NCBI GenBank assembly: GCA_964489015.1
Contig: CAZAXD010000007.1
Coordinates: 2,257-66,256 of the forward strand
Direction of reading: 5' to 3'
DNA from: an uncultured Sphingobacterium sp.
Lineage (GTDB): Bacteria; Bacteroidota; Bacteroidia; SpSt-205
Length of the DNA stretch: 64,000 nt
Part shown: one piece after another, positions 49,059-59,000 of the stretch
Position numbering within the stretch: the first letter of the stretch is position 1
How the letters are laid out: each line of letters starts with the position of its first letter
Position numbers and translations under genes: made by a program
Notes under the pieces: model-generated
What the model was told of the DNA's origin: nothing
The model's database searches: none
What the model saw: the letters and a program-made list of their open reading frames with translations, nothing else

Positions 49059-50063
49059 TTGGCACAAGCCGCAGAGGCCATCTCTAGGCCTTTGCAGCTT
49101 GTGCTTTGTGACGGTCTCGTGTATCAAAGATGGAAAGGCTTCGTAGACCGTCTCCGCAAAGCCGCGCCACTTCTTACGCTAGACGGTGATGAGCGGGTCA
49201 AAACCCTTCAAAACGCCCGCTGGATTTGGAAAAAGTTTCACCAGTACCACTTAGACCGCGGTCATGGGGTGGGGCTGATTGGAGGCGGTAGTTTACTTGA
49301 TTTAGGGGGCTTCTGTGCCGCGACGTGGAAGCGAGGCCTCCCTGTGATTTATATTCCTACGACTCTAACCGCCATGATAGACGCCGCTATCGGCGGTAAG
49401 ACTGGGATTAACTTTCGAAAGGGCAAAAACCTCATTGGGGTTTTTGCTGAGCCGGAAGCAATATGGGTATATCCAGATTTTTTGCAGAGCCTCCCTGTTC
49501 GTGAATTACGAAGCGGCTGGGTAGAGCTCTTCAAGCATGCGGTCCTGGCCGGGGGCCACCTATGGGAAGCCATCCAACCCGCCAAGCCCACCACGCCCCC
49601 CGCTATCGAGCTATTACAAGAGGGTATTCAGGTCAAGCTCCGGATCGTCGCAGAGGATCCCTTCGAAAGGAGCGGCCCAAGAACCTTGCTCAATTTAGGT
49701 CACACCCTAGGCCACGTTTGGGAAGGGCTTGCTAAATCGAGACCGCTCCTGCACGGTGAAGCTGTGGCTATCGGCTTAGCACAGGAATTTTATCTAAGCA
49801 AGGCGCAGGGTCTTTTATCCCCGGCCGTATTCGATGGGCTGTTGCATTGGCTCGAGACCCATGGTTACTTAACCCCTTTACCGCCCTTTACGTGGAAGGC
49901 ATGGGAAGCCCTTCTCCTTCAAGACAAGAAAATTCTTCAGGGCTCATTACAGATTCCTCTACTCAAGAGGGTCGGTGAGGCCGTACCCCATTATGTGGTT
50001 TCTGTAGCCGAGCTCAAAGCTGCTGTCCAGTGGTATATCCAGCGGTATGGTCGTTCGGATTGA
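49059..50063 (+). CDS. aroB: 3-dehydroquinate synthase
   Basis: GGGSLLDLGGF, PTTLTAMIDAAIGGKTGIN, LNLGHTLGH, HGEAV. Start uncertain. Confidence 0.92.
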   Translation: MAQAAEAISRPLQLVLCDGLVYQRWKGFVDRLRKAAPLLTLDGDERVKTLQNARWIWKKFHQYHLDRGHGVGLIGGGSLLDLGGFCAATWKRGLPVIYIPTTLTAMIDAAIGGKTGINFRKGKNLIGVFAEPEAIWVYPDFLQSLPVRELRSGWVELFKHAVLAGGHLWEAIQPAKPTTPPAIELLQEGIQVKLRIVAEDPFERSGPRTLLNLGHTLGHVWEGLAKSRPLLHGEAVAIGLAQEFYLSKAQGLLSPAVFDGLLHWLETHGYLTPLPPFTWKAWEALLLQDKKILQGSLQIPLLKRVGEAVPHYVVSVAELKAAVQWYIQRYGRSD

Positions 50064-51333
50064 GCCGCTCAGGGTACCGATCCAGGGATATGTAGCCCTA
50101 CCTTTCTCAAAAAGTATTTCCGCTCGCCAGATTCTTTTAGGCGCTTATCACGAGCAGCCCTTTGTAATCAAGGGCTTGTCCGAAGCGCAAGATACCCAAG
50201 ATCTGCTAACGCTCCTCAGGCAGCTAGGCTATTCTATCGAACAGGCAGAGGATGGCTGGCATTTTAGGCCTTGCTCTGCTAAGCACCCCAGTCAGCTGCA
50301 TGCAGGCGAGGGCGGCACCACCCTGCGTTTTATTTTGCCCTGGTTAGCGTTTTTGCCGGGCTCTTTTCGACTGGCTCTCAGTCCTCGCCTTGCGAGACGA
50401 CCCCTTGAGCCGCTTATTCATAGTCTCAAGCAGGCCGGCGCCGATGTAAGCGTTATGGGCCTTTTCATCGAGATACGAGGTAACCCGGATTGGTATCCCG
50501 ATGCCTTCCTTATCGACGCCAGCCAGAGCGGTCAGTTCCTCTCGGGATTGCTATTAGCAGCGCCGCGCCTACCCCTAAATTGCTTTATCCGAACCACAGG
50601 AGAGACCCTAGCAACCCGTTCTTATATCGAGATGACGCAGCGCCTCCTTCAGACCTACGGGTATGTATGGGAGAGTACCCCTGAAGGCTGGTGTCTAGTG
50701 CGGAAGCCATCTACGCCCACCTCGTTGGCATTTGAGGGAGAAGCGGACTGGAGCAGTGGCGGCTACTTCTGGGCCTGGGCACTTCTGCACGAGGCCGAGC
50801 TCACGTTACCCCTATCCTGCTCTAGTTTACAGCCGGAGAGCCGCTTCTGGCCGGAGTTAGTGCCTAGTCTCTGCTTATATGAAAGCGCAAGCTGTGAAGT
50901 GCGTATTGCTCATAAAGCCGGAGCCCTACCCCGTCGTTGGTGTGGAGATATCACTAATGTACCCGATACGTTTCCCACCCTTGCCGTTTTAGGCGCCCTG
51001 GCCGCAGAGCCGTGGCAAATCCAAGGCATCGCTACCCTGCCTCACAAGGAATCCAACCGCCTACAAGCTATGGCTCAAGAACTAGCCAAAGCCGGGGCAA
51101 TCCTGCACTGGGAAGCGGATACTTGCACCATCATCCCTGCCTCTCGCCTGCAGGTTCCCGCCTCATTTGATACGCACGGCGATCATCGTGTAGCCATGGC
51201 ACTGAGCCTTTTCGCTGCAACCGCACAGAAGCCCATACACATACGGGATGCGCAGGTTGTCACCAAGTCATTTCCCTTTTACTGGCAAGCCTTACAGAAG
51301 CTTGGAGTTGGGGTATCGATCTTCCGCGACTAA
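50047..51333 (+). CDS. aroA: 3-phosphoshikimate 1-carboxyvinyltransferase (EPSP synthase)
   Basis: SKSISAR, GGTTLRF, SGQFLSG, PDTFPTL, KESNRL, DHRVAM, KSFP. Confidence 0.92.
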   Translation: MVVRIEPLRVPIQGYVALPFSKSISARQILLGAYHEQPFVIKGLSEAQDTQDLLTLLRQLGYSIEQAEDGWHFRPCSAKHPSQLHAGEGGTTLRFILPWLAFLPGSFRLALSPRLARRPLEPLIHSLKQAGADVSVMGLFIEIRGNPDWYPDAFLIDASQSGQFLSGLLLAAPRLPLNCFIRTTGETLATRSYIEMTQRLLQTYGYVWESTPEGWCLVRKPSTPTSLAFEGEADWSSGGYFWAWALLHEAELTLPLSCSSLQPESRFWPELVPSLCLYESASCEVRIAHKAGALPRRWCGDITNVPDTFPTLAVLGALAAEPWQIQGIATLPHKESNRLQAMAQELAKAGAILHWEADTCTIIPASRLQVPASFDTHGDHRVAMALSLFAATAQKPIHIRDAQVVTKSFPFYWQALQKLGVGVSIFRD

Positions 51334-51345
51334 AAAGTTTTTATT

Positions 51346-51353
51346 TACTTTTG
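51346..51353 (+). promoter_or_regulatory. -7 element TACTTTTG (lactone oxidase)
   Basis: Perfect match, 4 nt spacer to ATG 51358. Confidence 0.72.
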
Positions 51354-51357
51354 AAAC

Positions 51358-52686
51358 ATGCGGGTTCAGAATTGGGGGCGTACCCTGGCTTTTACGCCGA
51401 CAGCGATCGTCACACCAACGAACGAAACAGCCATAACCCGTCTCATCCACCAAGCAAGCGAAAAGAAGATCCCTGTTCGCGTCGTAGGAGCGGGGCATTC
51501 TTGGACGCCCATGATTGAAACGTCTGGCTTCCTTGTCAAGCTAGATCGCTTACAGGGACTAATCTCGCTGCGCACGACCCAATCCGAGGCCACGCTGTGG
51601 GCAGGCACGCGTTTATACAAAGCGGGTCCCCTGCTATGGGAGGCCGGCTACAGCCTGGCCAATCAAGGCGATATTGACCGCCAGAGCTTGGCCGGGGCCT
51701 TTAGTACAGGCACCCACGGCACCGGCAAGAACTTCGGCGTTTTGGCTACACAGGCTGTTCACTACCGCTTCATAGACGGACAGGGGCACATGCACAATGT
51801 CTATCCAGAGTCAGACTCGCTGCGATTTCGCTGTGCTCAGGTTTCCTTGGGGCTGCTGGGCATTATTACACAAATCACACTCCGCCTTGAGAAGGCCTAC
51901 TACCTCCACCTTGAAAAGCGCGTCGAACCGCTGGATCAAACGCTCGAGCGCTTTCCGGCCTATTTAGATACATATCGGCATGTAGAGTTCTTCTGGTTTC
52001 CCTATAGTGACAAAGTAGGCCTTAAGCTAACCCAGCGCAGTGAAATGCCTGGTCAGACTTCCTTACTCAAGAAGTGGATAATAGATGGGCTTTGGGAGAA
52101 CGGGGCCTTTTGGCTCATCAATAAGGCAGCGGAACTCCAACCCGCCGCCTCGCCGCGTTTGTGTCGCTTTGCCGGCGCTAATATGGGCACGGAGACTCGA
52201 ATAGATAAGGCTTATCGGGTCTTCGCCACGGCTCGCTGGATACGCTTTCGGGAGATGGAGTACGGCGTACCTGCCGAAATGGGTTCCGAGGTATTGCGCG
52301 AGATCCAGCGATGGATTAATAAGCACCAGCCGGCCGTTAGCTTTCCAATAGAATATCGCTACGTGAAAGGCGATGACATCCCCCTCAGTCCGGCCTACGG
52401 TGGGGATCGCGTCTTTATTGCCGTTCATGCATACCACCGCATGCCTTACGAGGCCTTTTTTGCAGGTATCGAAGCTATCTTCCAGGCCTACGAAGGACGT
52501 CCGCACTGGGGCAAGATGCATACCGCCACCGCCGCCTACCTAGAAAAGGTCTACCCCGGTTTATCGCTCTTCCTGGCGGAACGAGAAAAGCTCGATCCGC
52601 AGGGGGTCTTCCTCACACCGTACTTTGAAAGGCTATTATGGGGCGATACAGTCTCCTCTTCTCAGGTTTTATCCTCTCAAGCTTAG
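51358..52686 (+). CDS. FAD-linked sugar-1,4-lactone oxidase (D-arabinono-/L-gulonolactone oxidase family)
   Basis: NWGRT, VVGAGHS, NQGDIDRQSLAGAFSTGTHG, EMEY, FPIEYR, GRPHWGK. Confidence 0.88.
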   Translation: MRVQNWGRTLAFTPTAIVTPTNETAITRLIHQASEKKIPVRVVGAGHSWTPMIETSGFLVKLDRLQGLISLRTTQSEATLWAGTRLYKAGPLLWEAGYSLANQGDIDRQSLAGAFSTGTHGTGKNFGVLATQAVHYRFIDGQGHMHNVYPESDSLRFRCAQVSLGLLGIITQITLRLEKAYYLHLEKRVEPLDQTLERFPAYLDTYRHVEFFWFPYSDKVGLKLTQRSEMPGQTSLLKKWIIDGLWENGAFWLINKAAELQPAASPRLCRFAGANMGTETRIDKAYRVFATARWIRFREMEYGVPAEMGSEVLREIQRWINKHQPAVSFPIEYRYVKGDDIPLSPAYGGDRVFIAVHAYHRMPYEAFFAGIEAIFQAYEGRPHWGKMHTATAAYLEKVYPGLSLFLAEREKLDPQGVFLTPYFERLLWGDTVSSSQVLSSQA

Positions 52687-53456
52687 CGCAGCCCTGTGCT
52701 TGCGGCCCTCGATGTACCCCGATTATGCCCCCTAGTATCTGGCCGGTAGCCGTGGTAGATTACCAGTTTGGCGTTTCTCAAACTTTTGGGCAGGATAGCT
52801 CGTACTTCCCGTATAACATTTTGGGGCCCATATGCACCACAGCTACGCCTATTTCGCCCTGTGCGGATCCTTGTCAAGTCGTTTCGTTAGGTAAAGGCGG
52901 TTACGTGGTGCTAGCCTTTGACCCCCCTATCGCAGATGGACTAGGGGCAGACTTCATCGTGTTTGAGAATCCCTTCGCATATGGAAACGGGCTAGTCTTT
53001 GAGGAGTGGATGATAATACAGGCTTCACAAGACGGACGAAGCTGGCACACTTTTCCTTTCGATTCTGTCACGGGAGCGGGGTTAGCAGGTCGCACACCCA
53101 CTGGCTGTAGCAACTGCACGGGCCCCATAAGCTGGCAAGATCCCACCCAAGCAGGCGGGGATGCCTTTGACTTAGCGCTGGTAGGATTGCCCTGGGCTAA
53201 ATATGTAAAAATCATGGATGCGACGCGTTACCAGCCGCCTGACCGGTTATCCGCTGATCTCGATGGCGCCGTAGCCATTCATCAGGCGCATCCTCAAAGT
53301 CTCGCCATGATGGAAGGAGAGCCAGCCTTCCAACCAGTGCGCTGCTGGACACTGAGCGGGCAGGAGGTGCCCTGTGATGTCCCCGGCTTTTTGATTAAGC
53401 TCTACCTCGATCAGCGGGGACAAGCCTACCTTTCACGGACATACAATATCCCCTAA
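52638..53456 (+). CDS. Secreted cell-surface protein, possible degenerate T9SS C-terminal domain
   Basis: Signal ...SSLA-Q; FPYNILGP, VSLGKGGYVVLAF, DGLGADFIVFENPF, GGDAFDL; tail CWTLSGQEV...GFLI. Confidence 0.65.
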   Translation: MGRYSLLFSGFILSSLAQPCACGPRCTPIMPPSIWPVAVVDYQFGVSQTFGQDSSYFPYNILGPICTTATPISPCADPCQVVSLGKGGYVVLAFDPPIADGLGADFIVFENPFAYGNGLVFEEWMIIQASQDGRSWHTFPFDSVTGAGLAGRTPTGCSNCTGPISWQDPTQAGGDAFDLALVGLPWAKYVKIMDATRYQPPDRLSADLDGAVAIHQAHPQSLAMMEGEPAFQPVRCWTLSGQEVPCDVPGFLIKLYLDQRGQAYLSRTYNIP

Positions 53457-53501
53457 TCTCTGTTACAAGAGACCTCAAGTGGGTTGATAAGAACCGCTAA
53501 G

Positions 53502-54167
53502 CTAGTTTTTGTCACTAGCGTAAAAGCCCCCTCCCCCTATTCGCAGCCGGACGAAAGCTAAGAAAGGCCTTATCTGGGGACCGCCTTGTAGCATCACATT
53601 CTCCCCCTCCCACTCCTGCCAGCCCATGAGCCCTTGTAAAATGCCTGCCGAGAGTCCCACCATAATCCCTCCTTTTATGACCTTTTGAACCTCCAACGCA
53701 CCGCCGAGGAGACCGCCGCCTGTTCCGATTTGCGTTTCCAGCGCCGGTGTGGTACCGAGTTGGGCAAAAGGTATCTGCACCCTATCTCGAATTCGGAAAA
53801 AGACTCCCCCGGCCCCGCCGGATACAACGGGCATCACGTGAAACCCTCCCACTGGCACCGCATAACCTACCCGGACCCACCCCATGCCACCCGCTAATCC
53901 ACCTCCTAAAAGAGAACCACCGCCTCCACCAAGGTGAAATCCTCTTATCCAGAATCCGCCCTCTCCTCCTAATCCAAAAACACCGCTCGCTACGTCGAAA
54001 TCGATCCCCTGAGCCCGCAAGGCATCCTTTAGGGGTACTAGGCCAGTAAGATACGTATACTGCGCCCAAAACCAACCACCACCTCCACTAAGACCTTGGG
54101 CTTCGCTTCGGTTCAGTAGGAGACATACCAAGGCTAGCTTTGTTAGGAAACCTGGCTTCATACGCAT
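53502..54167 (-). CDS. Hypothetical Gly-rich outer-membrane beta-barrel protein
   Basis: Signal ...RSEA-Q; GGEGG, alternating strands, C-terminal RLRIGGGGF. Confidence 0.6.
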   Translation of the reverse strand: MRMKPGFLTKLALVCLLLNRSEAQGLSGGGGWFWAQYTYLTGLVPLKDALRAQGIDFDVASGVFGLGGEGGFWIRGFHLGGGGGSLLGGGLAGGMGWVRVGYAVPVGGFHVMPVVSGGAGGVFFRIRDRVQIPFAQLGTTPALETQIGTGGGLLGGALEVQKVIKGGIMVGLSAGILQGLMGWQEWEGENVMLQGGPQIRPFLAFVRLRIGGGGFYASDKN

Positions 54168-54191
54168 GTAAGCAAATATGGCTAAAAACGT

Positions 54192-55241
54192 TTATGAGAT
54201 AACTGCAAGGAGTTCCTCAAAAGCCTCGTCGGGCAAAGCTGGAAAGTTTGCTAAGCGAAAGGTTTTGTCTTTTTCGGGCCCGTAGCCCCAGCCTAAGTAC
54301 AAACCTTGAGCCTCTACCTGCTGGCGAAGTTCTTGTAAAGTTTGTCCTTCTCTCAGGTAAAAGCATAAGACAGTAGGGCTTCGATAGGGTGCTGGTAAGT
54401 AGGGTCTGAACCCCAGGGCAGCCAATCGTTCGTAAAGGGCTGCTGCCCGTCTAGCAAGCTCGGGCATCACCGCCGTGGGTCTAGGTCGGTCGTGCAATGT
54501 CTTGGCTAGCAGGTAGATATTTAGCAGGTTAGGCGTTGAAGGCGGCTCGTGCTGCTGCGCCCGATTTAGGATATAAGACAAGCTATTATGACGCGTGGGA
54601 GGCTGTTCTGCTGCTAAGGCTTGAATACGGGGACTAGCGAGAAGAATACCCAGCCCTGGTGGTAAACCGAAGGCTTTCTGCACCGAGGCAAATACAAAAT
54701 CTACAGCCGACCAGGGCAGTGGCAGCGCGCCTAAGCTGCTCGTAGCATCCAGCGCCATGTAAGCCTGTGGAAAGGCCGCCCGCCAGGCTTCTAAATGATC
54801 GAGCCAGGCGCCAATGGCGGTTTCGACATGGACAAGCGCTAAGCTGCGCACGCTGCTATACCGTTCGGCCAGTTTTTGGCGCTGAGCCTCTGCACCCGCT
54901 GCGAAGTCCCACTCGTAGCTTCGGCTGTAGGGGCTCGCAGCCTGACAGAGAGCAAACCACCGCTTCCCAAAAGCACCCTGAATGACATGGAGAGCGGTGT
55001 ACTCAGCCATGAGGTCGACCCAGATCTGCCAAGCTTCTGTCGCGCCACTCACGAAAGCAACCGTCCAATCTGTAGGTAACTCCAGGTAGGCAGTGACCTG
55101 AGCCTGTGCCTCCTTAAGTAATGCTTTCCAGACAGGGTCGCGATGATAGCGAGACAGAAGCCCTTCTGCTAGGGCCGCTTGTATGGCGGCGGGAACTGTA
55201 GGATGGAGTTGAGATGGACCGGGTTGAAAGCTATAGCGCAT
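54192..55241 (-). CDS. Class V PLP aminotransferase (phosphoserine aminotransferase-like)
   Basis: SFQPGPSQ, SGATEAW, HVET, LDATSS, SVQKAFGLPPG, STPN, FRLANFP. Start ATG 55241. Confidence 0.82.
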   Translation of the reverse strand: MRYSFQPGPSQLHPTVPAAIQAALAEGLLSRYHRDPVWKALLKEAQAQVTAYLELPTDWTVAFVSGATEAWQIWVDLMAEYTALHVIQGAFGKRWFALCQAASPYSRSYEWDFAAGAEAQRQKLAERYSSVRSLALVHVETAIGAWLDHLEAWRAAFPQAYMALDATSSLGALPLPWSAVDFVFASVQKAFGLPPGLGILLASPRIQALAAEQPPTRHNSLSYILNRAQQHEPPSTPNLLNIYLLAKTLHDRPRPTAVMPELARRAAALYERLAALGFRPYLPAPYRSPTVLCFYLREGQTLQELRQQVEAQGLYLGWGYGPEKDKTFRLANFPALPDEAFEELLAVIS

Positions 55242-55243
55242 GC

Positions 55244-56017
55244 TTAGCGTCCCTTCCACTGCGGGGGTCGTTTCTCCATAAAGGCTTGCATACCTTCTTT
55301 TTGGTCTTGCGTCGCAAAGAGGAGATAGAAGTTTCGGCGCTCAAAGTGAAGGCCTTCCTCGAGGGAGAGTTCGTAGCTTTTGAGCACGGCCTGCTTGGCT
55401 AGCTGAACGGCGAGAGGAGGCATGCTCGCAATCTCTGTGGCTAGCTTGATAGCTTCCTCTAAATAAAGCTCGACAGGAACGACCCGGCTCACAAGCCCCC
55501 ATTCATAAGCCTGCTGCGCTGAAAAGAATCGCCCTGTTAGGATGTGCTCCATTGCGCGGGATTTGCCAATGGCTCGGGTGAGTCGCTGCGTACCGCCTGC
55601 GCCGGGAATAACACCAATTTTGATTTCCGGCTGGCCAAACTGAGCGGTCTCACTCGCCACGATGATGTCACAAAGCATCGCTAGCTCACAGCCGCCCCCT
55701 AAGGCAAACCCGCTAACTGCCGCAATCACAGGCTTTTTCAGCCGCTTGATTTGGTCCCACCGCTGGAATTGGTCTAGCATCAGCATGTCGACGGCCGAAT
55801 CGCCTGCCATCTCCTTGATGTCGGCGCCCGCCGCAAAGGCGCGCTCGTTTCCGGTGATCACCGTAACCCGCACATCCTCATCCGTGTCTAATTGTAGGAG
55901 CATATTAGAGAGGTCTGCAACGAGAGCCCGATTGAGGGCGTTGAGGCTCTCTGGGCGATTGAGTCGAATCAGCGCTACGCCTGGCGCGACGGCCTTTTCG
56001 AGTACAAGGTGACTCAT
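55244..56017 (-). CDS. Enoyl-CoA hydratase (crotonase, PaaF-like)
   Basis: LNRPESLNAL, FAAGADIKEM, ALGGGCELA, FGQPEIKIGVIPGAGGTQRL. Start ATG 56017. Confidence 0.93.
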   Translation of the reverse strand: MSHLVLEKAVAPGVALIRLNRPESLNALNRALVADLSNMLLQLDTDEDVRVTVITGNERAFAAGADIKEMAGDSAVDMLMLDQFQRWDQIKRLKKPVIAAVSGFALGGGCELAMLCDIIVASETAQFGQPEIKIGVIPGAGGTQRLTRAIGKSRAMEHILTGRFFSAQQAYEWGLVSRVVPVELYLEEAIKLATEIASMPPLAVQLAKQAVLKSYELSLEEGLHFERRNFYLLFATQDQKEGMQAFMEKRPPQWKGR

Positions 56018-56021
56018 GGCG

Positions 56022-56029
56022 CAAAAATA
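56022..56029 (-). promoter_or_regulatory. -7 element TATTTTTG (enoyl-CoA hydratase)
   Basis: Perfect match, 4 nt spacer to ATG 56017. Confidence 0.72.
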
Positions 56030-56063
56030 CAACCCCCCTCGCTAAGCCTGAGGAAAAATGGTG

Positions 56064-56071
56064 TATATTTG
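56064..56071 (+). promoter_or_regulatory. -7 element TATATTTG (DUF4175 operon)
   Basis: Perfect match, 8 nt spacer to ATG 56080. Confidence 0.66.
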
Positions 56072-56079
56072 TAGAGCAG

Positions 56080-59000
56080 ATGGCCAGCGATCTCCTTAGA
56101 AGCCACCTTGTTCGATTTCGGGCCACGTATTACAAGCTGCGGGCGATAATCGGCCTTCTTCTGGTGCTTTTGTGGGGCTTAGGCACGTTCTTGGTGGCTA
56201 GTCTTACAGAAGGCCTCTTCTGGTGGAAGGTGCCGGTGCGGCTCATCCTATGGAGCGCTTGGCTCGGCGGTACGGCCTACCTTTTTGTGAGTCGGGTTTT
56301 ATGGCCCCTTCTCCAATACGGCTTTCGATTGAAGGGATACCTATCTGATGAGGAGGCCGCCCGTTGGATCGGTCGCCACTTACCGGAGATTCAAGACAAA
56401 CTCCTAAATGCGCTGCAGCTGGAAAGAGCCAGCGACACAGCCCAAGCCGCCATTGCGCTGGCTCTAGAAGAGCGGCAAAAGGTCGTTCTACGCTACCCTT
56501 GGGAAGTGTCTTTACCCCGAGCGCCTATCCGCCGCTTTGGTTTGTTGCTCGGCCTTGTGATAGGGATGGGCACCCTCTTATGGTTAAGCATCCCACAGGT
56601 GTTAGGGGGGGGAGCGCATCGCTTCTTACGACCTACGCAGGCTTTTACGCCCCCCCTTCCTTACAAGCTAACCGTTCAGGGCCTGCGACCGATTTATCGA
56701 CGGGGCGAGCCGCTCTCGCTACAACTTCACTTAGAGGGCTCCAAGCTCCCTGGAGAAATTTATGCTAGGCAAGATGGCGATTTTCCTTTGCCTTTGCGTC
56801 GGCACTCTAGCAGTCAGTACGAGCTCACCCTTCCTGCCGTAGAAAGACCCTTCACCCTTCAGGTCTCAGATGGCGAAAACCTACTGGGCTCTTATGCGAT
56901 TCGGGTAGAGCGCCCTCCTGTGATCCGTAAAATTCTCACGGTCGTGAGTTATCCTGCTTACACGGGTTTAGCGCCAGATACGGTCTTAGAAGGGCGGCTC
57001 CGCGTGCTAAAGGGCGCAAAACTCTCCCTATGGCTAGATATCGAGAGCTCGATGCCCCATCAGCTTTTAGCGCCCACATTATCTCTACGCTTAGAGGGTG
57101 GGCAGTGGCATGCCTCCCTTTCGGCTTTGACGTCTCAAGTGCACCCCATCATTTTACAAAGTCAGGCTAGCCGAGATACCTTTCATCTCAGTATCGAGAT
57201 CCTCGAGGATGACTACCCCTCGGTACAGCTCTTCTCGGAATGGTTTGAGGCCCAGTCCTATGAGCAGCGGCTGCGAATCCGGCTTATGGATGACTTTGGC
57301 TTTTCTAAGGCGGTTTTGTGGTACCGCATTTTGGAGGGGACGACGCCAGGCCGCACGCAAGAGCACTACAAAGCCTACCCCCTCGCCATCAGCACCCAAG
57401 CCCAACAGGAACTTGGGCCTACTATTCATTGGCAAAAGCTAGGCGTTTTACCGGGCGATAAAGTCGAGTATTACGTCGAAGTGTGGGATAATGATGCTGT
57501 CTCCGGGCCCAAAGCCTCCCGAAGCATCTTATACACCCTACACTCAGCCAACGAACCTGAAAAGCAGGCTATTTTTGCTGCGCTCCAGGACTCTTTGTCT
57601 AGAGAAATGCACGCCCTTCGAGAAGAGTTAGACAGACTCCTCTCCCAAAAGGAGTTGCAAACCTCGCCTCAGCGAGCGTCCGCCCTTTCGGAGCGATTCC
57701 GCGCTCTGCGAAGTGAAATGAGATCTCTACAGCGCCTGGCACAAGAGGAGGCGTTATTTACCCCAGAACTCTTAGAGAAAATGGAGGCTCTGCAAAAGAT
57801 CTTAGATGCCATAGACCCGCAAAAAGTTGAGCAGCTCTTAGCCCAGCCTCCGCCTCGACAGGATTCCACTGAAATTGCAAAACGGCTAGAAGAATTGCAA
57901 AAAGCCTACGAAGCTTGGAAAGAAAAGCTTGAACGCTGGGAGTCCCTCTTACCCGCCTATCAGGAAGCCCGTAAGCTAGAAGAGCTGATGACGCGTCTCG
58001 ACGCCCTCTCCGAAACCCAGCGTCAGCTTAGCCAACAGCCAGACTCTCTCAATACCCCCCCCTCCGAAAAAGCTACGCAACAACGCCTGTCCGAGGAGAC
58101 TCAAAAGGTCTTGAGCGAACTAGACAGTATACTAAAAAGCAAACGATTATCTGAAAGCATACTACAAGATAGTCTCCAGAAAGCCCAAAAGGAATTACAA
58201 GATGCTCTAAGAAATATGCGGGACGCCCTCCAAAAGATGGAGCGAGGCGCCTCTCCGCGTGAAGATCAGCGGAAAGCATCGGAGTCCTTAGAGAACGCCT
58301 TAGAAGCCATCAATCAAGGGCAGCAGGCAGCTGATGCCCAATCCGCTGCGGAGGACTACGAAGCGCTACGACAATTGCTAAAGAACATCCTCCAGCTTTC
58401 TTTTCGTCAAGAAGCCGTTCAAAAGGAGAGTCTCGAAGCCCGGCGCTTCCTAAACTCGCTCTCCACACTTCAACGCAAGCAGGAGGAGATTAAGCGAGAC
58501 TATCGGATGGTAGGGGATACTTTGCAGGCACTGGCTAGCCGCTCTCCCGTCATTGAAGAAAACATCTTAGACATACTCCGAGACCTAGAAACGCACTTTC
58601 AGGGCTTATCGTATCTGCAAGCAGATCCGCTCCTGGTGCGACAGCAGTATATTCTCCAAGGACTAAACCGCCTAGCCAATCTCATGAGTGAACTGCTAAG
58701 CTCATTAGAGCAGCAGTCCCCCAGTAGTGGTGGGGCTTGTCAAAAGCCTTTTCGAATTCGGCGGAAAGGCTCTAAGGGAGCTACCACCCAAGGTTCTAAA
58801 CCAGAGAATAGCGGTCAGCAGCCGACTAGAGGTTCCGGCCGTCGAAATAGCCCCTCGCCTGTGCCCAATCTCCGTCAGATGCAGCAGGAGCTCAATGAAT
58901 CGCTGGAGCGGCTTGCCCAGCCCAATCCTGGCGCGGAGACCCCTGGGGGGCTTTCGCCATCGGACAGGGCTCGTCTCTCTGCTCAGCAGGAACTCATCCG

